IMG/VR virus record: IMGVR_UViG_3300025778_000009
Strand: one strand, 5' to 3'
Length of the DNA: 64,000 nt
Source of the DNA: a virus
Taxonomy: Duplodnaviria > Heunggongvirae > Uroviricota > Caudoviricetes
The position numbers and the translations under genes were made by a program. Under the pieces are notes generated by a model. The model did not search any database, was not told the DNA's origin, and saw nothing but the letters and a program-made list of their open reading frames with translations. Shown here in pieces: positions 18,145 through 27,655 of the stretch (position 1 is its first letter; the number at the start of each line of letters is the position of its first letter).

Positions 18145-19680
18145 ATGCCTGTATCAAGTACGCACTTTTCATTCTCAAGAACTTATATTCAAAAAGAAAA
18201 TGTTATAACAGTTTCGTTGCCAGATTATGCTGTACTTTTTTACTATGATAAAATAAAAAATTGGAATTCTACATATTCAGGCAATCTTAACATAGATTAC
18301 TATATAAGTCTTTCTACAAAAACTAATAATTTTAATTCTAAAACGCCTATAGATTGGCCATTAGTATATTGTGTTAATGATTACTCTGTTGATTCTGCAG
18401 TAGGTATATACTCCTCGGCTAATTTAGATGTTAGCAGTTTTACTAACAGCTCAACATTTTTAGACATAGGTGGTGCTCATAATCCTACTGTAGCAGGATT
18501 TCAAACTCAACCAACATTAGGGTTTGCATTTAATTCCGGCGATACTGCTTCTACATTAGTTACTGATGTGTATTATAATTATACTACGCCTCATAATGGT
18601 CATTATCATGAAGTGTCTGGACTTAATATAGCAAACGCATTATTAAATATTAAAAATTTATCTGCAAATGGTACATTATTACCTCAAAATATTGCTAATT
18701 TAGAAACGATAGGTATTCCACAAACTACTGTTAATATGTTATTAAAAGATCCAACTATAAAAAATGGAACTAAAATAATAACATTCTTACCTAAAAATGT
18801 AATTGTTTTTGGTAACAATTTACCTTCAGATTCTTATACACGAACAGATCCACTTTATTCAGGCTCACAGTCTGTGAATAGTAATCCAGTAAGAGGAAGT
18901 GATATATTAAGTAATACGTTTTATCTTTCTTGCTTTAATGATGCATCTGGATCTTATTTTAATTCTACTACTAATTTTAGTGTAACTTCTAATAACTCAC
19001 CATTTCACGATCATACTCCTTCTAGTGCTGGTGGTGTAAATACACCACAACGTAAATCTAATAAATCAGGTCAAACTGCTTCACTTTTTGGAGCAAGTGG
19101 AAGACACAATCATTCAGTAACTTATAATGTTAATGCATATCTAAAAGGTAAAAAGTTAAAAGCCTATTTTACTAAAAATGATCAAACTACTATTGCTAAC
19201 GGAGTTATTATAGGTTACTGTCCAAGTGCTGCATTAGGTTATACTGGTAAATCTTACTCTACTACTTTACCGCCGCATTGGCATGTATGTGATGGAAATA
19301 ATGGAACACCAGATCTTAGAGGTTTCTACATTGGAGCAAATTTCAATGACTCAGACAATAATGTTAACATTACAATATTAGAAAATAAAATGAAAATAAA
19401 CAATATTACGGTAGCTGCAAACGGTGCACATTCACATGGTGTTGTAGGAGCTGTAAATGCAGTTGGGCCTGCAGGTACTGCTAAAAATATTGGAAGTCAT
19501 TTATTAGAACCGGCAACTAACCACTCTCACTCTATTATAGCATCGGCAACATATCCAACATTTCCTACTGCTGCTACACCGCAAAAAACTAATATTAATG
19601 GAATAACATTTACTAATTTTAACTATAAGCCTGCTACATTTACAATGGCTTTCATAATGTATAACGAAAATATACCATAA
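18145..19680 (+). CDS. putative receptor-binding (short) tail fiber protein with a tail-collar-like motif and His boxes
   Basis: LPPHWHVCDGNNGTPDLRGFYIGAN resembles the phage tail collar domain (CDG...PDLRG). The HxH pairs GAHSHGVVGA and TNHSHSI recall the His boxes of T4 gp12 and gp37. Its position upstream of gp13 is equivalent to T4 gp12. Confidence 0.5.
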   Translation: MPVSSTHFSFSRTYIQKENVITVSLPDYAVLFYYDKIKNWNSTYSGNLNIDYYISLSTKTNNFNSKTPIDWPLVYCVNDYSVDSAVGIYSSANLDVSSFTNSSTFLDIGGAHNPTVAGFQTQPTLGFAFNSGDTASTLVTDVYYNYTTPHNGHYHEVSGLNIANALLNIKNLSANGTLLPQNIANLETIGIPQTTVNMLLKDPTIKNGTKIITFLPKNVIVFGNNLPSDSYTRTDPLYSGSQSVNSNPVRGSDILSNTFYLSCFNDASGSYFNSTTNFSVTSNNSPFHDHTPSSAGGVNTPQRKSNKSGQTASLFGASGRHNHSVTYNVNAYLKGKKLKAYFTKNDQTTIANGVIIGYCPSAALGYTGKSYSTTLPPHWHVCDGNNGTPDLRGFYIGANFNDSDNNVNITILENKMKINNITVAANGAHSHGVVGAVNAVGPAGTAKNIGSHLLEPATNHSHSIIASATYPTFPTAATPQKTNINGITFTNFNYKPATFTMAFIMYNENIP

Positions 19681-19690
19681 GGAGTTTAAG

Positions 19691-20305
19691 ATGATTACTG
19701 AAGAAATTATTAAATCTTGCTTTCCGCATGCAAAAGCTTCAATAGTAAAAGCGCTTGTAGAAAATGCAGAAGAATTATCAACCCATTATGAAATTAATAA
19801 TGAATTAAGATGGGCACATTTTCTTGCTCAAACCGGTCATGAATCTGGCGGGTTTACTGTTACAGAAGAAAATTTAAATTATAAAGCTGAAGGTCTAGAA
19901 AAAATATTTCCAAAGTACTTTAAAGATGTAGATGCAGAAGATTATGCTCATCAACCAGTTAAAATTGCAAATCGAGTTTATGCTAATAGAATGGGAAACG
20001 GAGATGAAGAATCAGGTGATGGCTACAAATTTAGAGGTCATGGTCTTATTCAATTAACTGGTAGAGATAATTACACCCATATGGCAAATGATTTAGATGT
20101 AAATCTAGAAGATTTAATTACACATTTAGCAACAGTTGATGGTGCTGTAGAGTCGGCTGCTTGGTTTTGGCATAAAAATGGCATTAATAAATTAGCTGAT
20201 GCAGACGATGTTACTGCTGTTACAAAAAAAGTAAATGGAGGAACTATCGGATTAGCTGAAAGACAAGAAAATACAGATAAATTAAAAGATATTTTAGGTG
20301 CGTAA
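19691..20305 (+). CDS. GH19 (chitinase-family) lysozyme-like peptidoglycan hydrolase
   Basis: HFLAQTGHESGGF and YKFRGHGLIQLTGRDNY match the two glycoside hydrolase family 19 signatures. Confidence 0.7.
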   Translation: MITEEIIKSCFPHAKASIVKALVENAEELSTHYEINNELRWAHFLAQTGHESGGFTVTEENLNYKAEGLEKIFPKYFKDVDAEDYAHQPVKIANRVYANRMGNGDEESGDGYKFRGHGLIQLTGRDNYTHMANDLDVNLEDLITHLATVDGAVESAAWFWHKNGINKLADADDVTAVTKKVNGGTIGLAERQENTDKLKDILGA

Positions 20306-20508
20306 TGATTGCCAGTACCAATATGATTGTTCAAAGAATAGGAGATTCTATAATCTCTCAAGCTAGAATACTAGGTTATAGCACTCACCTAATTATAAAC
20401 AAACAAAATAATGTAATTACGCCTATTTCTATTCTAAGACAGACTAGTAGCGGGCTTTTAAATGCATTACCTTCTTTACCAACTAATCCTCCTACATATA
20501 TTTCTTAA
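20305..20508 (+). CDS. small hypothetical protein
   Basis: 67-aa ORF overlapping the previous stop. Confidence 0.3.
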   Translation: MIASTNMIVQRIGDSIISQARILGYSTHLIINKQNNVITPISILRQTSSGLLNALPSLPTNPPTYIS

Positions 20509-20532
20509 TAAATATTATAAAAGGGTATAATA

Positions 20533-21279
20533 ATGTCATTTACTAAAATTACAAACAGAGCAGATTTTGCGTCTTATTGTTTAAGACGTTTAGGAGCACC
20601 TGTTATTGACATTAATGTTGATCCAGATCAGGTAAATGATCGTATAGATGATGCACTTAAATTTTGGTATGATTATCATTTTGAAGGTGCAGAAAAAACA
20701 TTCTACAAATATGTAATTTCTCAAACTGATATTGATAACAAATATATCCCAGTACCGGAAAATATTATAGGTGTTGTAAATATATTTGATCTTGGAGATT
20801 ATATTTCTACTAATAATATTTTTAATATTCGTTATCAAATTGCTTTAAATGATTTGTATACTTTGACATATCAATCAATGGTTCCATATTATATGGCATT
20901 CCAGCAACTTCAATTGCTAGAACAAATACTAGTTGGAAAACAACCAATCAGATATAATAGACATTTAGGTAAATTATATATTGATACAGATTGGACAAAG
21001 TTAACTGTTGGAAGTTATATAGTAGCAGAAGCATACATGGTAGTTGATCCGGACGTTTATACATCTGCATGGGATGATAGATGGTTGCAAAAATATGCAA
21101 CTGCGCTTATTAAACAGCAATGGGGTGCTAATTTAATTAAATTTACAGGCATGCAACTTCCAGGCGGTGTGCAATTTAACGGTGAAAAAATATATAATGA
21201 TGCTTCAGCTGAAATTGAAAAGATGGAACAAGAAGTAATTATTGGTTACAGTTTACCAGTTACTGATATGATTGGATAA
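20533..21279 (+). CDS. gp13: neck protein (T4 gp13-like), assigned by synteny
   Basis: This ORF is the first of the conserved gp13-gp14-gp15-gp16-gp17-gp18 order. Its length is similar to T4 gp13. Confidence 0.55.
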   Translation: MSFTKITNRADFASYCLRRLGAPVIDINVDPDQVNDRIDDALKFWYDYHFEGAEKTFYKYVISQTDIDNKYIPVPENIIGVVNIFDLGDYISTNNIFNIRYQIALNDLYTLTYQSMVPYYMAFQQLQLLEQILVGKQPIRYNRHLGKLYIDTDWTKLTVGSYIVAEAYMVVDPDVYTSAWDDRWLQKYATALIKQQWGANLIKFTGMQLPGGVQFNGEKIYNDASAEIEKMEQEVIIGYSLPVTDMIG

Positions 21280-21282
21280 TAA

Positions 21283-22005
21283 ATGCCATCCAATTTTTAT
21301 ATTAATAATTTTAATTCTAAAAATGAACAAAACCTTATTCAAGATTTAGTTGTTGAATCAATTAAATTTTACGGTATTGATCTTTATTACCTTCCTCGAG
21401 AAATTATTAATTTAAGTACTGAATTTAGAGAACAGCAAACATCAAGATACAATCAAGCTGTAACAACAGTAATGTATATTAAATCAATTGATGGCTTTGA
21501 TGGTGATGGTGAATTTCTATCTTCATTTGGTGTAGAAGTAAGAGAAGAAATTACATTTTCTGTAGCTAATTTTACTTTTGATAAAGAAGTTGGCCAGTTA
21601 ACTAGAAGAGATCGTCCTTTAGAATCTGATCTTATTTGGTTTCCATTAAATAAAGCATTATTTCAAATTAAATATGTAAATGTAAGACCTGTATTTTATC
21701 AATTTGGTGCACTACAGTTTTATGATGTTACTTGTGAATTATTTGAATATAGCAATGAAATATTTAATACTGGTGTTCCTGCTATTGATGCAGTATATAA
21801 TGCTTTTGCTACAACTACTGAGCCTTATCATTTACAATCAGAAGACAATACTGTATTAATGACTGAAGAAGGTTTTGATTTAATTGAAGAAGAATATGGT
21901 ATTGAAAATGAAACAAATCAACAAAATTCTACATTTGATCAAATAGCTGTAAATTTCTTAGATTTTACACAACAAGATCCATTTAGTGAAACAAAGAGAA
22001 TCTAA
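21283..22005 (+). CDS. gp14: neck protein (T4 gp14-like), assigned by synteny
   Basis: Lies between the gp13-like and gp15-like ORFs, and is acidic like T4 gp14. Confidence 0.55.
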   Translation: MPSNFYINNFNSKNEQNLIQDLVVESIKFYGIDLYYLPREIINLSTEFREQQTSRYNQAVTTVMYIKSIDGFDGDGEFLSSFGVEVREEITFSVANFTFDKEVGQLTRRDRPLESDLIWFPLNKALFQIKYVNVRPVFYQFGALQFYDVTCELFEYSNEIFNTGVPAIDAVYNAFATTTEPYHLQSEDNTVLMTEEGFDLIEEEYGIENETNQQNSTFDQIAVNFLDFTQQDPFSETKRI

Positions 22006-22895
22006 TGATTGGCGGCACTCCATTTTATAATTCTTTGTTTAAAAAGTACGTTGCCATATTTGGCACGCTTTTTAACAATCTTTATATTGATAGAACTGAT
22101 GATGCAGGCAACTTAATTCAAGAGATAAAGGTACCTATTGCATACGGTCCGCGCGAAAAATTCTTAGCACGTCTTCAAGATAATCCTACTGGTTCTGCTC
22201 AAGTTTCTATTACTCTACCTAGAATGGCATTTGAAATTGAAAGAATTCAATATGCTCCTAATAGAAAATTGCAGACTTTAAATAAAATCGCTTCAAAGAA
22301 AAACATTAATGGTCATAACGTATATAAGAAAGTATACTCTTCTGTTCCATATGATATAGGATTTAAATTACAAATCCTTACTAAAACTATGGAAGACGGG
22401 CTTAAAATTATTGAACAAATTCTTCCTTATTTTACTCCTGAATGGACCGTACAGGCTCATCTTTTAGGTGAAGATTTTGATATGGTAACAGATATCCCTA
22501 CTATATTAGATTCTGTATCAATTGATGATCAATATGAAGATAATTTTTTACAAAGAAGAGTATTAACATTTATTTTAAACTTTACTATGAAAGCTTATTT
22601 TTATGGGCCAATTACTGAAAGCAAAATTATTAAACTTACAGATACTAGAATATATGCTGATTTAACTGCAAATAGTGGATTTATAGAAACAACTATTCGC
22701 CCAGGATTAACAGCAAACGGTATGCCTACATCTAATCTAGCTTTATCTGTAGATATTTCTCAAATAGATGAAAATACGCATTACGGGTTTATTATTAATA
22801 CTACACAAACATATGCCGGTAATGCTAATACCACTTATAATGTAACTTCAAATACATATTTTAACGTTAATACAGGCGAGTTTGTAGGTGGCTAA
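22005..22895 (+). CDS. gp15: tail sheath stabiliser / tail completion protein
   Basis: KIIEQILPYFTPEW matches T4 gp15 QIVEQILPYFQPHF. The N-terminus FYNSLFKKYVAIFGTLFNN matches T4 YNSSFRRYATLMGDLFSN. Confidence 0.8.
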   Translation: MIGGTPFYNSLFKKYVAIFGTLFNNLYIDRTDDAGNLIQEIKVPIAYGPREKFLARLQDNPTGSAQVSITLPRMAFEIERIQYAPNRKLQTLNKIASKKNINGHNVYKKVYSSVPYDIGFKLQILTKTMEDGLKIIEQILPYFTPEWTVQAHLLGEDFDMVTDIPTILDSVSIDDQYEDNFLQRRVLTFILNFTMKAYFYGPITESKIIKLTDTRIYADLTANSGFIETTIRPGLTANGMPTSNLALSVDISQIDENTHYGFIINTTQTYAGNANTTYNVTSNTYFNVNTGEFVGG

Positions 22896-23277
22896 AGATA
22901 TTATTTCACAATCCTTAGGATTAGAACCTTTAAACGATGAGATTATAAATCAAGTAGTTGTACCACCTTCTACTATTAAAAATGATTATGATTATGCCAG
23001 AGATAATCTTTATAATATAATAGAAAAAGGTAATACTGCATTAGAAGATATTATGGATATTGCTAAACAGTCTGAGTCAGCGCGCGCATTTGAAGTAGTA
23101 ACTAATCTTATTAAAACTATGGTTGATGCTAATAAAGATCTTTTAGAACTTGCTAAAAAGAAAAAAGAATTAGATAAAACTGAGCAACCAGAACAAACTA
23201 ATGTAACAAATAATAATCTGTTTGTTGGTTCATCTGCAGAACTACTTAAAATGATTAAAGATAAAGCTAATGGCTGA
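22888..23277 (+). CDS. gp16: terminase small subunit
   Basis: Small helical protein immediately upstream of and overlapping the large terminase gene, which is the gp16 position. Confidence 0.6.
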   Translation: MAKDIISQSLGLEPLNDEIINQVVVPPSTIKNDYDYARDNLYNIIEKGNTALEDIMDIAKQSESARAFEVVTNLIKTMVDANKDLLELAKKKKELDKTEQPEQTNVTNNNLFVGSSAELLKMIKDKANG

Positions 23278-24859
23278 TATTTACCTAGGTAATAAAAATC
23301 TTAAAAATAAAGATGTAAAAATATCTTTTACTCCAGAACAAATGGCAGAATTCTGGAAATGTGCTAATGATGTTGATTATTTTTGTGAAACATATGTAAA
23401 AATTGTATCTGTAGATAAAGGTTTGGTTCCATTTAAACCATTTCAATATCAAAAGAATATGTTTAAAACTTTTAATGATAATAGATATACAATTTGTAAA
23501 ATGCCTCGTCAGGTCGGTAAGACAACTGGTGTTGTAGGTTATTTACTACATAAGATTCTTTTTAATGAAAATTATAACATAGCAGTTCTTGCTAATAAAC
23601 AAGTACAGGCTAGAGAAATTCTTTCACGAATTCAACTTGCATATGAATGGTTACCTAAATGGCTTCAACAAGGAGTAGTTGAGTGGAATAAAGGTAACAT
23701 TGAACTTGAAAATGGTTCTAAGATACTTGCATCTGCTACATCATCATCTGCTGTTCGTGGTCAATCTTATAACTTAGTTTATCTTGACGAGTTTGCTTTC
23801 GTGCCTCGTAATGTTCAAGATGCATTCTTTGCCTCAGTATTTCCTACAATATCTTCTGGTAATACATCTAAGCTTCTTATAACATCTACACCTAATGGAA
23901 TGAATTTATTCTATAAACTGTGGGTTGATTCAGAAAATGGTAACAATGATTATGCACGAGTAGATGTTCATTGGTCTGATGTTCCTGGAAGAGACCAAGC
24001 CTGGGCTGATCAAATGATCCGTAGTACATCTATAGATCAATTTAGACAAGAATTTGAATGTGAATTTTTAGGATCTGCTAACACTCTTATTCATCCTTCT
24101 GCAATGGCTAAATTAACATTTATAAATCCAATTTCTGTAAATCAAGGTGTAAAATTATTTAAACAACCAGAAAAAGATCACGTATATGTTATGATAGTAG
24201 ATGTGGCAGAAGGACTAGGTCTTGATAGTTCCGCTTTTGTAGTTGTAGATATCACTATTAATCCATACGAGGTAGTTGCAACATATCAAGATGCTAGTAT
24301 TTCTCAGTTAATGTTTCCTAATGTACTTTATAATGTAGGAAGATATTTCAATGAAGCTGCTATTTTAGTTGAAACTAATATTGGATCACAGGTTGTTAAT
24401 ATTTTACAACAAGATTTAGAATATGAAAATGTCGTAATGACTAAAACTAACGGTAGAAAAGGTACTGTTATTGGTAGCGACGGTTTATCTAAATTAGGTG
24501 TAAAAACTACTAAATCAGTTAAAAGAATAGGTTGCGCAAATCTTAAGTCTATTATAGAAAATCAAAAAATAATATTAAATGATTATGATGTAATAAATGA
24601 ACTTTCAACTTATGTAATGGATGGTTCTTCTTATAATGCAGAAGACGGGTATCACGATGATTTAGTTATGTGTATGGTGCTTTTTGCATGGTTGATAAAT
24701 CAGCCATATTTTAAAGATATTTCTAATTCTGATATTAGATTACTATTGCTAGAAGGCCAAGAAGAAAACTTTACTCCTTTTGGATTTATTGATGATGGTC
24801 AAGAAGATCTAAATAGAGTATTAAACGATTCAGAATTTGCAAATTTTCTTCTAAATTGA
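23270..24859 (+). CDS. gp17: terminase large subunit (ATPase/nuclease)
   Basis: The Walker A motif KMPRQVGKTT matches T4 gp17 SRQLGKT. The Walker B motif is LVYLDEFAF. The position is syntenic. Confidence 0.85.
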   Translation: MADIYLGNKNLKNKDVKISFTPEQMAEFWKCANDVDYFCETYVKIVSVDKGLVPFKPFQYQKNMFKTFNDNRYTICKMPRQVGKTTGVVGYLLHKILFNENYNIAVLANKQVQAREILSRIQLAYEWLPKWLQQGVVEWNKGNIELENGSKILASATSSSAVRGQSYNLVYLDEFAFVPRNVQDAFFASVFPTISSGNTSKLLITSTPNGMNLFYKLWVDSENGNNDYARVDVHWSDVPGRDQAWADQMIRSTSIDQFRQEFECEFLGSANTLIHPSAMAKLTFINPISVNQGVKLFKQPEKDHVYVMIVDVAEGLGLDSSAFVVVDITINPYEVVATYQDASISQLMFPNVLYNVGRYFNEAAILVETNIGSQVVNILQQDLEYENVVMTKTNGRKGTVIGSDGLSKLGVKTTKSVKRIGCANLKSIIENQKIILNDYDVINELSTYVMDGSSYNAEDGYHDDLVMCMVLFAWLINQPYFKDISNSDIRLLLLEGQEENFTPFGFIDDGQEDLNRVLNDSEFANFLLN

Positions 24860-24864
24860 TTTTT

Positions 24865-24872
24865 TATAAATA
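24865..24872 (+). promoter_or_regulatory. T4-type late promoter TATAAATA upstream of the sheath gene
   Basis: Exact TATAAATA lies 47 nt upstream of the gp18 ATG. Confidence 0.5.
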
Positions 24873-24918
24873 AGTAATAAAAGATCTTAAAGTTTATATT
24901 ATATTAAAGGAGAAAACC

Positions 24919-27021
24919 ATGCCATTTCAAGTAAGTCCTGGTGTAAACGTATCAGAAATTGACTTGACAACAATCGTACCTGCAGTATCTACTACAACTG
25001 GTGCGTTTGCTGGAACATTCAGATGGGGTCCTGTAGATCAGGCATTCCTAGTATCTTCTGAAGATGAACTAGTTCAATATTTCGGTAAGCCTACAGCCAA
25101 CAATTACGAAACATTTTTTACTGCAGCTAACTTCCTAGCTTACGGTAATCAATTATATATTTCTAGAGCAGCTAATACTGGAACATATAATGCTTATGCA
25201 TATACTGGCGGTACTGCTGCAAACGTAACAGTAAGAAATTCTGATGATTTTAATATTCAAAGTGGATCTTTCTCTTCTAATCAGCCATTTATTGCTAAGT
25301 ATCCAGGTGCCCTAGGTAATTCTCTAAGAATTTCTATTTGCCCTACTGCAAATGCCTATAGCAGCATGCTAACAGCTGCAAATATGGCTAATAATTCACC
25401 AAATGGTAATGCAGCTACTTATGCTGCTAATACTACTGCACAATTCATGCTAGATATTGGTTCTAGTGTAGCTAACATAGTAGTTAATTGTGCTAATACA
25501 TCTGGTTTCGGTGCATTATTTGCTAATGATTCTGCATTTAACATATATTCAAACATCAACTTAAATGATTACATTAAAGTAGGAGATGCAACTACAGGTG
25601 TACAATATATGCAAGTTGCATATTCTACAATACCAGTCGTTGATCCTTCTAACGTACAACAATATTGGTTTAATATTGGTTTTACTGATGTATTAAAAGT
25701 AAAATCTGGTATTAATATGTCTTATCTTGGTGGAAACACTGCAGTTACTAGATTCTGGGAATTTTATAATGCAGTTGATGGTGCACCTGGTGTTTCTAAT
25801 TACGTAAATCAACGCACTTCTAATAATGCAATTAGAGATCAACTTCATATTGTTGTTGTTGATAATCAAGGTGTTATTACCGGTGTGCCTAATCAAATTT
25901 TAGAAGTATGGCCTAACCTTTCTCGTGCAACTGATGCAAAAGGTGAACAAGGTGGTTCAATTTATTACCGTCGCGTATTAGATCAATCATCTAGATATGT
26001 TTGGGCAGCTACAGATTATGTTGGTTCAGGTGTTACTAATAATCAGCTACAACCTCCTAACTTTAGCGCACCACACTATATAAACTTTGTAAAAGGTACA
26101 GATGGTCCAACAGAAAGTGATATTTCAATATCTGCAGTAGCAACAGCATATGATGTATTTGCTTCAGCAGAAAGTATTGATATTTCATTAGTATTAACTG
26201 GTAAAGCTTCAATATCAGCAGGGTCTGGAGAAGTTCTTCCAAATTACCTAATTGATAATATTGCTGAATCAAGAAGAGATTGCGTAGTTTTCGTATCTCC
26301 TCCTTATGAATCTGTAGTAGGTGTACCCGGTTTTGAAGGATCTAATTTAGTTGCATTCCGTAATTTATTAAGATCCTCTTCATACTCTGTACTTGATTCT
26401 GGTTACAAATATCAATATGACAAGTATAACGATACTTACCGTTGGGTTCCACTAAATGGTGATATTGCCGGTCTATGTGTAAGAACTGATAATACACGTG
26501 ATCCATGGTACTCACCAGCTGGGTTTAACAGAGGTCAGGTAAAAAATGTTGTTAAATTAGCATTTAATCCAAATCAAGCTAACCGCGACCTTCTTTATAA
26601 GAATGGTGTTAATCCAGTTGTTACATTCCCAGGTCAAGGAACTGTATTGTATGGGGATAAGACAATGTTAGCACAACCTTCTGCATTTGATCGTATTAAC
26701 GTACGTAGATTGTTCATTGTGCTTGAAAAAGCAATTTCTACTGCTGCTAAGTTTGCTCTATTTGAATTCAATGATGATTTTACTAGAGCAGCATTCCGCA
26801 ACCTCGTTGAACCATATCTAAGAGATGTTCAAGGTCGTCGTGGTATCTATGACTTTAAGGTAGTTTGTGACGCAACAAACAATACGCCAGAAGTTATTGA
26901 CGGAAATAGATTTGTAGGAGATATTTACATTAAACCAGCACGCTCAATTAACTTCATTCAGCTTAACTTCGTTGCAGTACGCACCGGTGTTCAGTTCGAT
27001 GAAATTGTTGGTAAGTTCTAA
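24919..27021 (+). CDS. gp18: tail sheath protein
   Basis: The N-terminus MPFQVSPGVNVSEIDL...GAFAGTFRWGPVDQAFLVSSEDELVQYFGKPT resembles T4 gp18 (GAFAG/KFQWGP..FG.PT). The length is 700 aa and the gene sits between terminase and tube. Confidence 0.85.
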   Translation: MPFQVSPGVNVSEIDLTTIVPAVSTTTGAFAGTFRWGPVDQAFLVSSEDELVQYFGKPTANNYETFFTAANFLAYGNQLYISRAANTGTYNAYAYTGGTAANVTVRNSDDFNIQSGSFSSNQPFIAKYPGALGNSLRISICPTANAYSSMLTAANMANNSPNGNAATYAANTTAQFMLDIGSSVANIVVNCANTSGFGALFANDSAFNIYSNINLNDYIKVGDATTGVQYMQVAYSTIPVVDPSNVQQYWFNIGFTDVLKVKSGINMSYLGGNTAVTRFWEFYNAVDGAPGVSNYVNQRTSNNAIRDQLHIVVVDNQGVITGVPNQILEVWPNLSRATDAKGEQGGSIYYRRVLDQSSRYVWAATDYVGSGVTNNQLQPPNFSAPHYINFVKGTDGPTESDISISAVATAYDVFASAESIDISLVLTGKASISAGSGEVLPNYLIDNIAESRRDCVVFVSPPYESVVGVPGFEGSNLVAFRNLLRSSSYSVLDSGYKYQYDKYNDTYRWVPLNGDIAGLCVRTDNTRDPWYSPAGFNRGQVKNVVKLAFNPNQANRDLLYKNGVNPVVTFPGQGTVLYGDKTMLAQPSAFDRINVRRLFIVLEKAISTAAKFALFEFNDDFTRAAFRNLVEPYLRDVQGRRGIYDFKVVCDATNNTPEVIDGNRFVGDIYIKPARSINFIQLNFVAVRTGVQFDEIVGKF

Positions 27022-27035
27022 GGGAGGAATGACAA

Positions 27036-27587
27036 ATGGCATTTAATATCAACGACATTCGTGCCCAACTTACACTTGGTGGTGCGAGACCTAGTTTATT
27101 CCAGGTTATTATTAGTAACCCAGTTAATCCAATTGCAGATCTAAAGTTGCCTTTCCTATGTAAGGCAGCTCAACTTCCTGCTTCATCTTTAGGCACTATT
27201 GAAGTACCATACTTTGGTAGAAAGCTTAAGATTGCTGGAGATCGTAAATTTGATCCATGGACTGTTACTATCATCAATGATGAAGATTTCTTAGTAAGAA
27301 ATGCTATGGAAACTTGGAATAACTCAATTCAACTTTATCAACAAAATATTACTGCTCTCGGAACTTCTGCACCAGCTGTGTATAAGTCTCAAGCAACTGT
27401 AACTCAGTTTGGTAAAGACGGTACAATTCTAAGAACATATCAATTCAATGGTATCTTCCCTGATCAAATCTCAGCTATTGATTTGGCATGGAATACTACT
27501 GATGAAATTGAAGATTTCCAAGTATCATTCCAGTATGACACATTCGAAGTATTGAATAGTATTACTGGTAATGCTGGTGGCGCTTAA
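27036..27587 (+). CDS. gp19: tail tube protein
   Basis: RPSLFQVIIS and KIAGDRKFDPWTVTIINDED match T4 gp19 RPNLFQVEIS and NVAGDRTFDDWTVTVMNDE. Confidence 0.9.
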   Translation: MAFNINDIRAQLTLGGARPSLFQVIISNPVNPIADLKLPFLCKAAQLPASSLGTIEVPYFGRKLKIAGDRKFDPWTVTIINDEDFLVRNAMETWNNSIQLYQQNITALGTSAPAVYKSQATVTQFGKDGTILRTYQFNGIFPDQISAIDLAWNTTDEIEDFQVSFQYDTFEVLNSITGNAGGA

Positions 27588-27598
27588 GAAATAATTTA

Positions 27599-27631
27599 AA
27601 AGAGACCCTATAAATACAATAGGGTCTCTTT
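27599..27631 (+). terminator. perfect 13-bp stem / 7-nt loop hairpin between the tube and portal genes, with a late promoter TATAAATA (27609..27616) embedded in it
   Basis: The left arm aaagagaccctat is followed by the loop aaataca and the right arm atagggtctcttt, then actttctt. The arms are exact reverse complements. Confidence 0.55.
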
Positions 27632-27655
27632 ACTTTCTTAAGGAAAATTATTATT

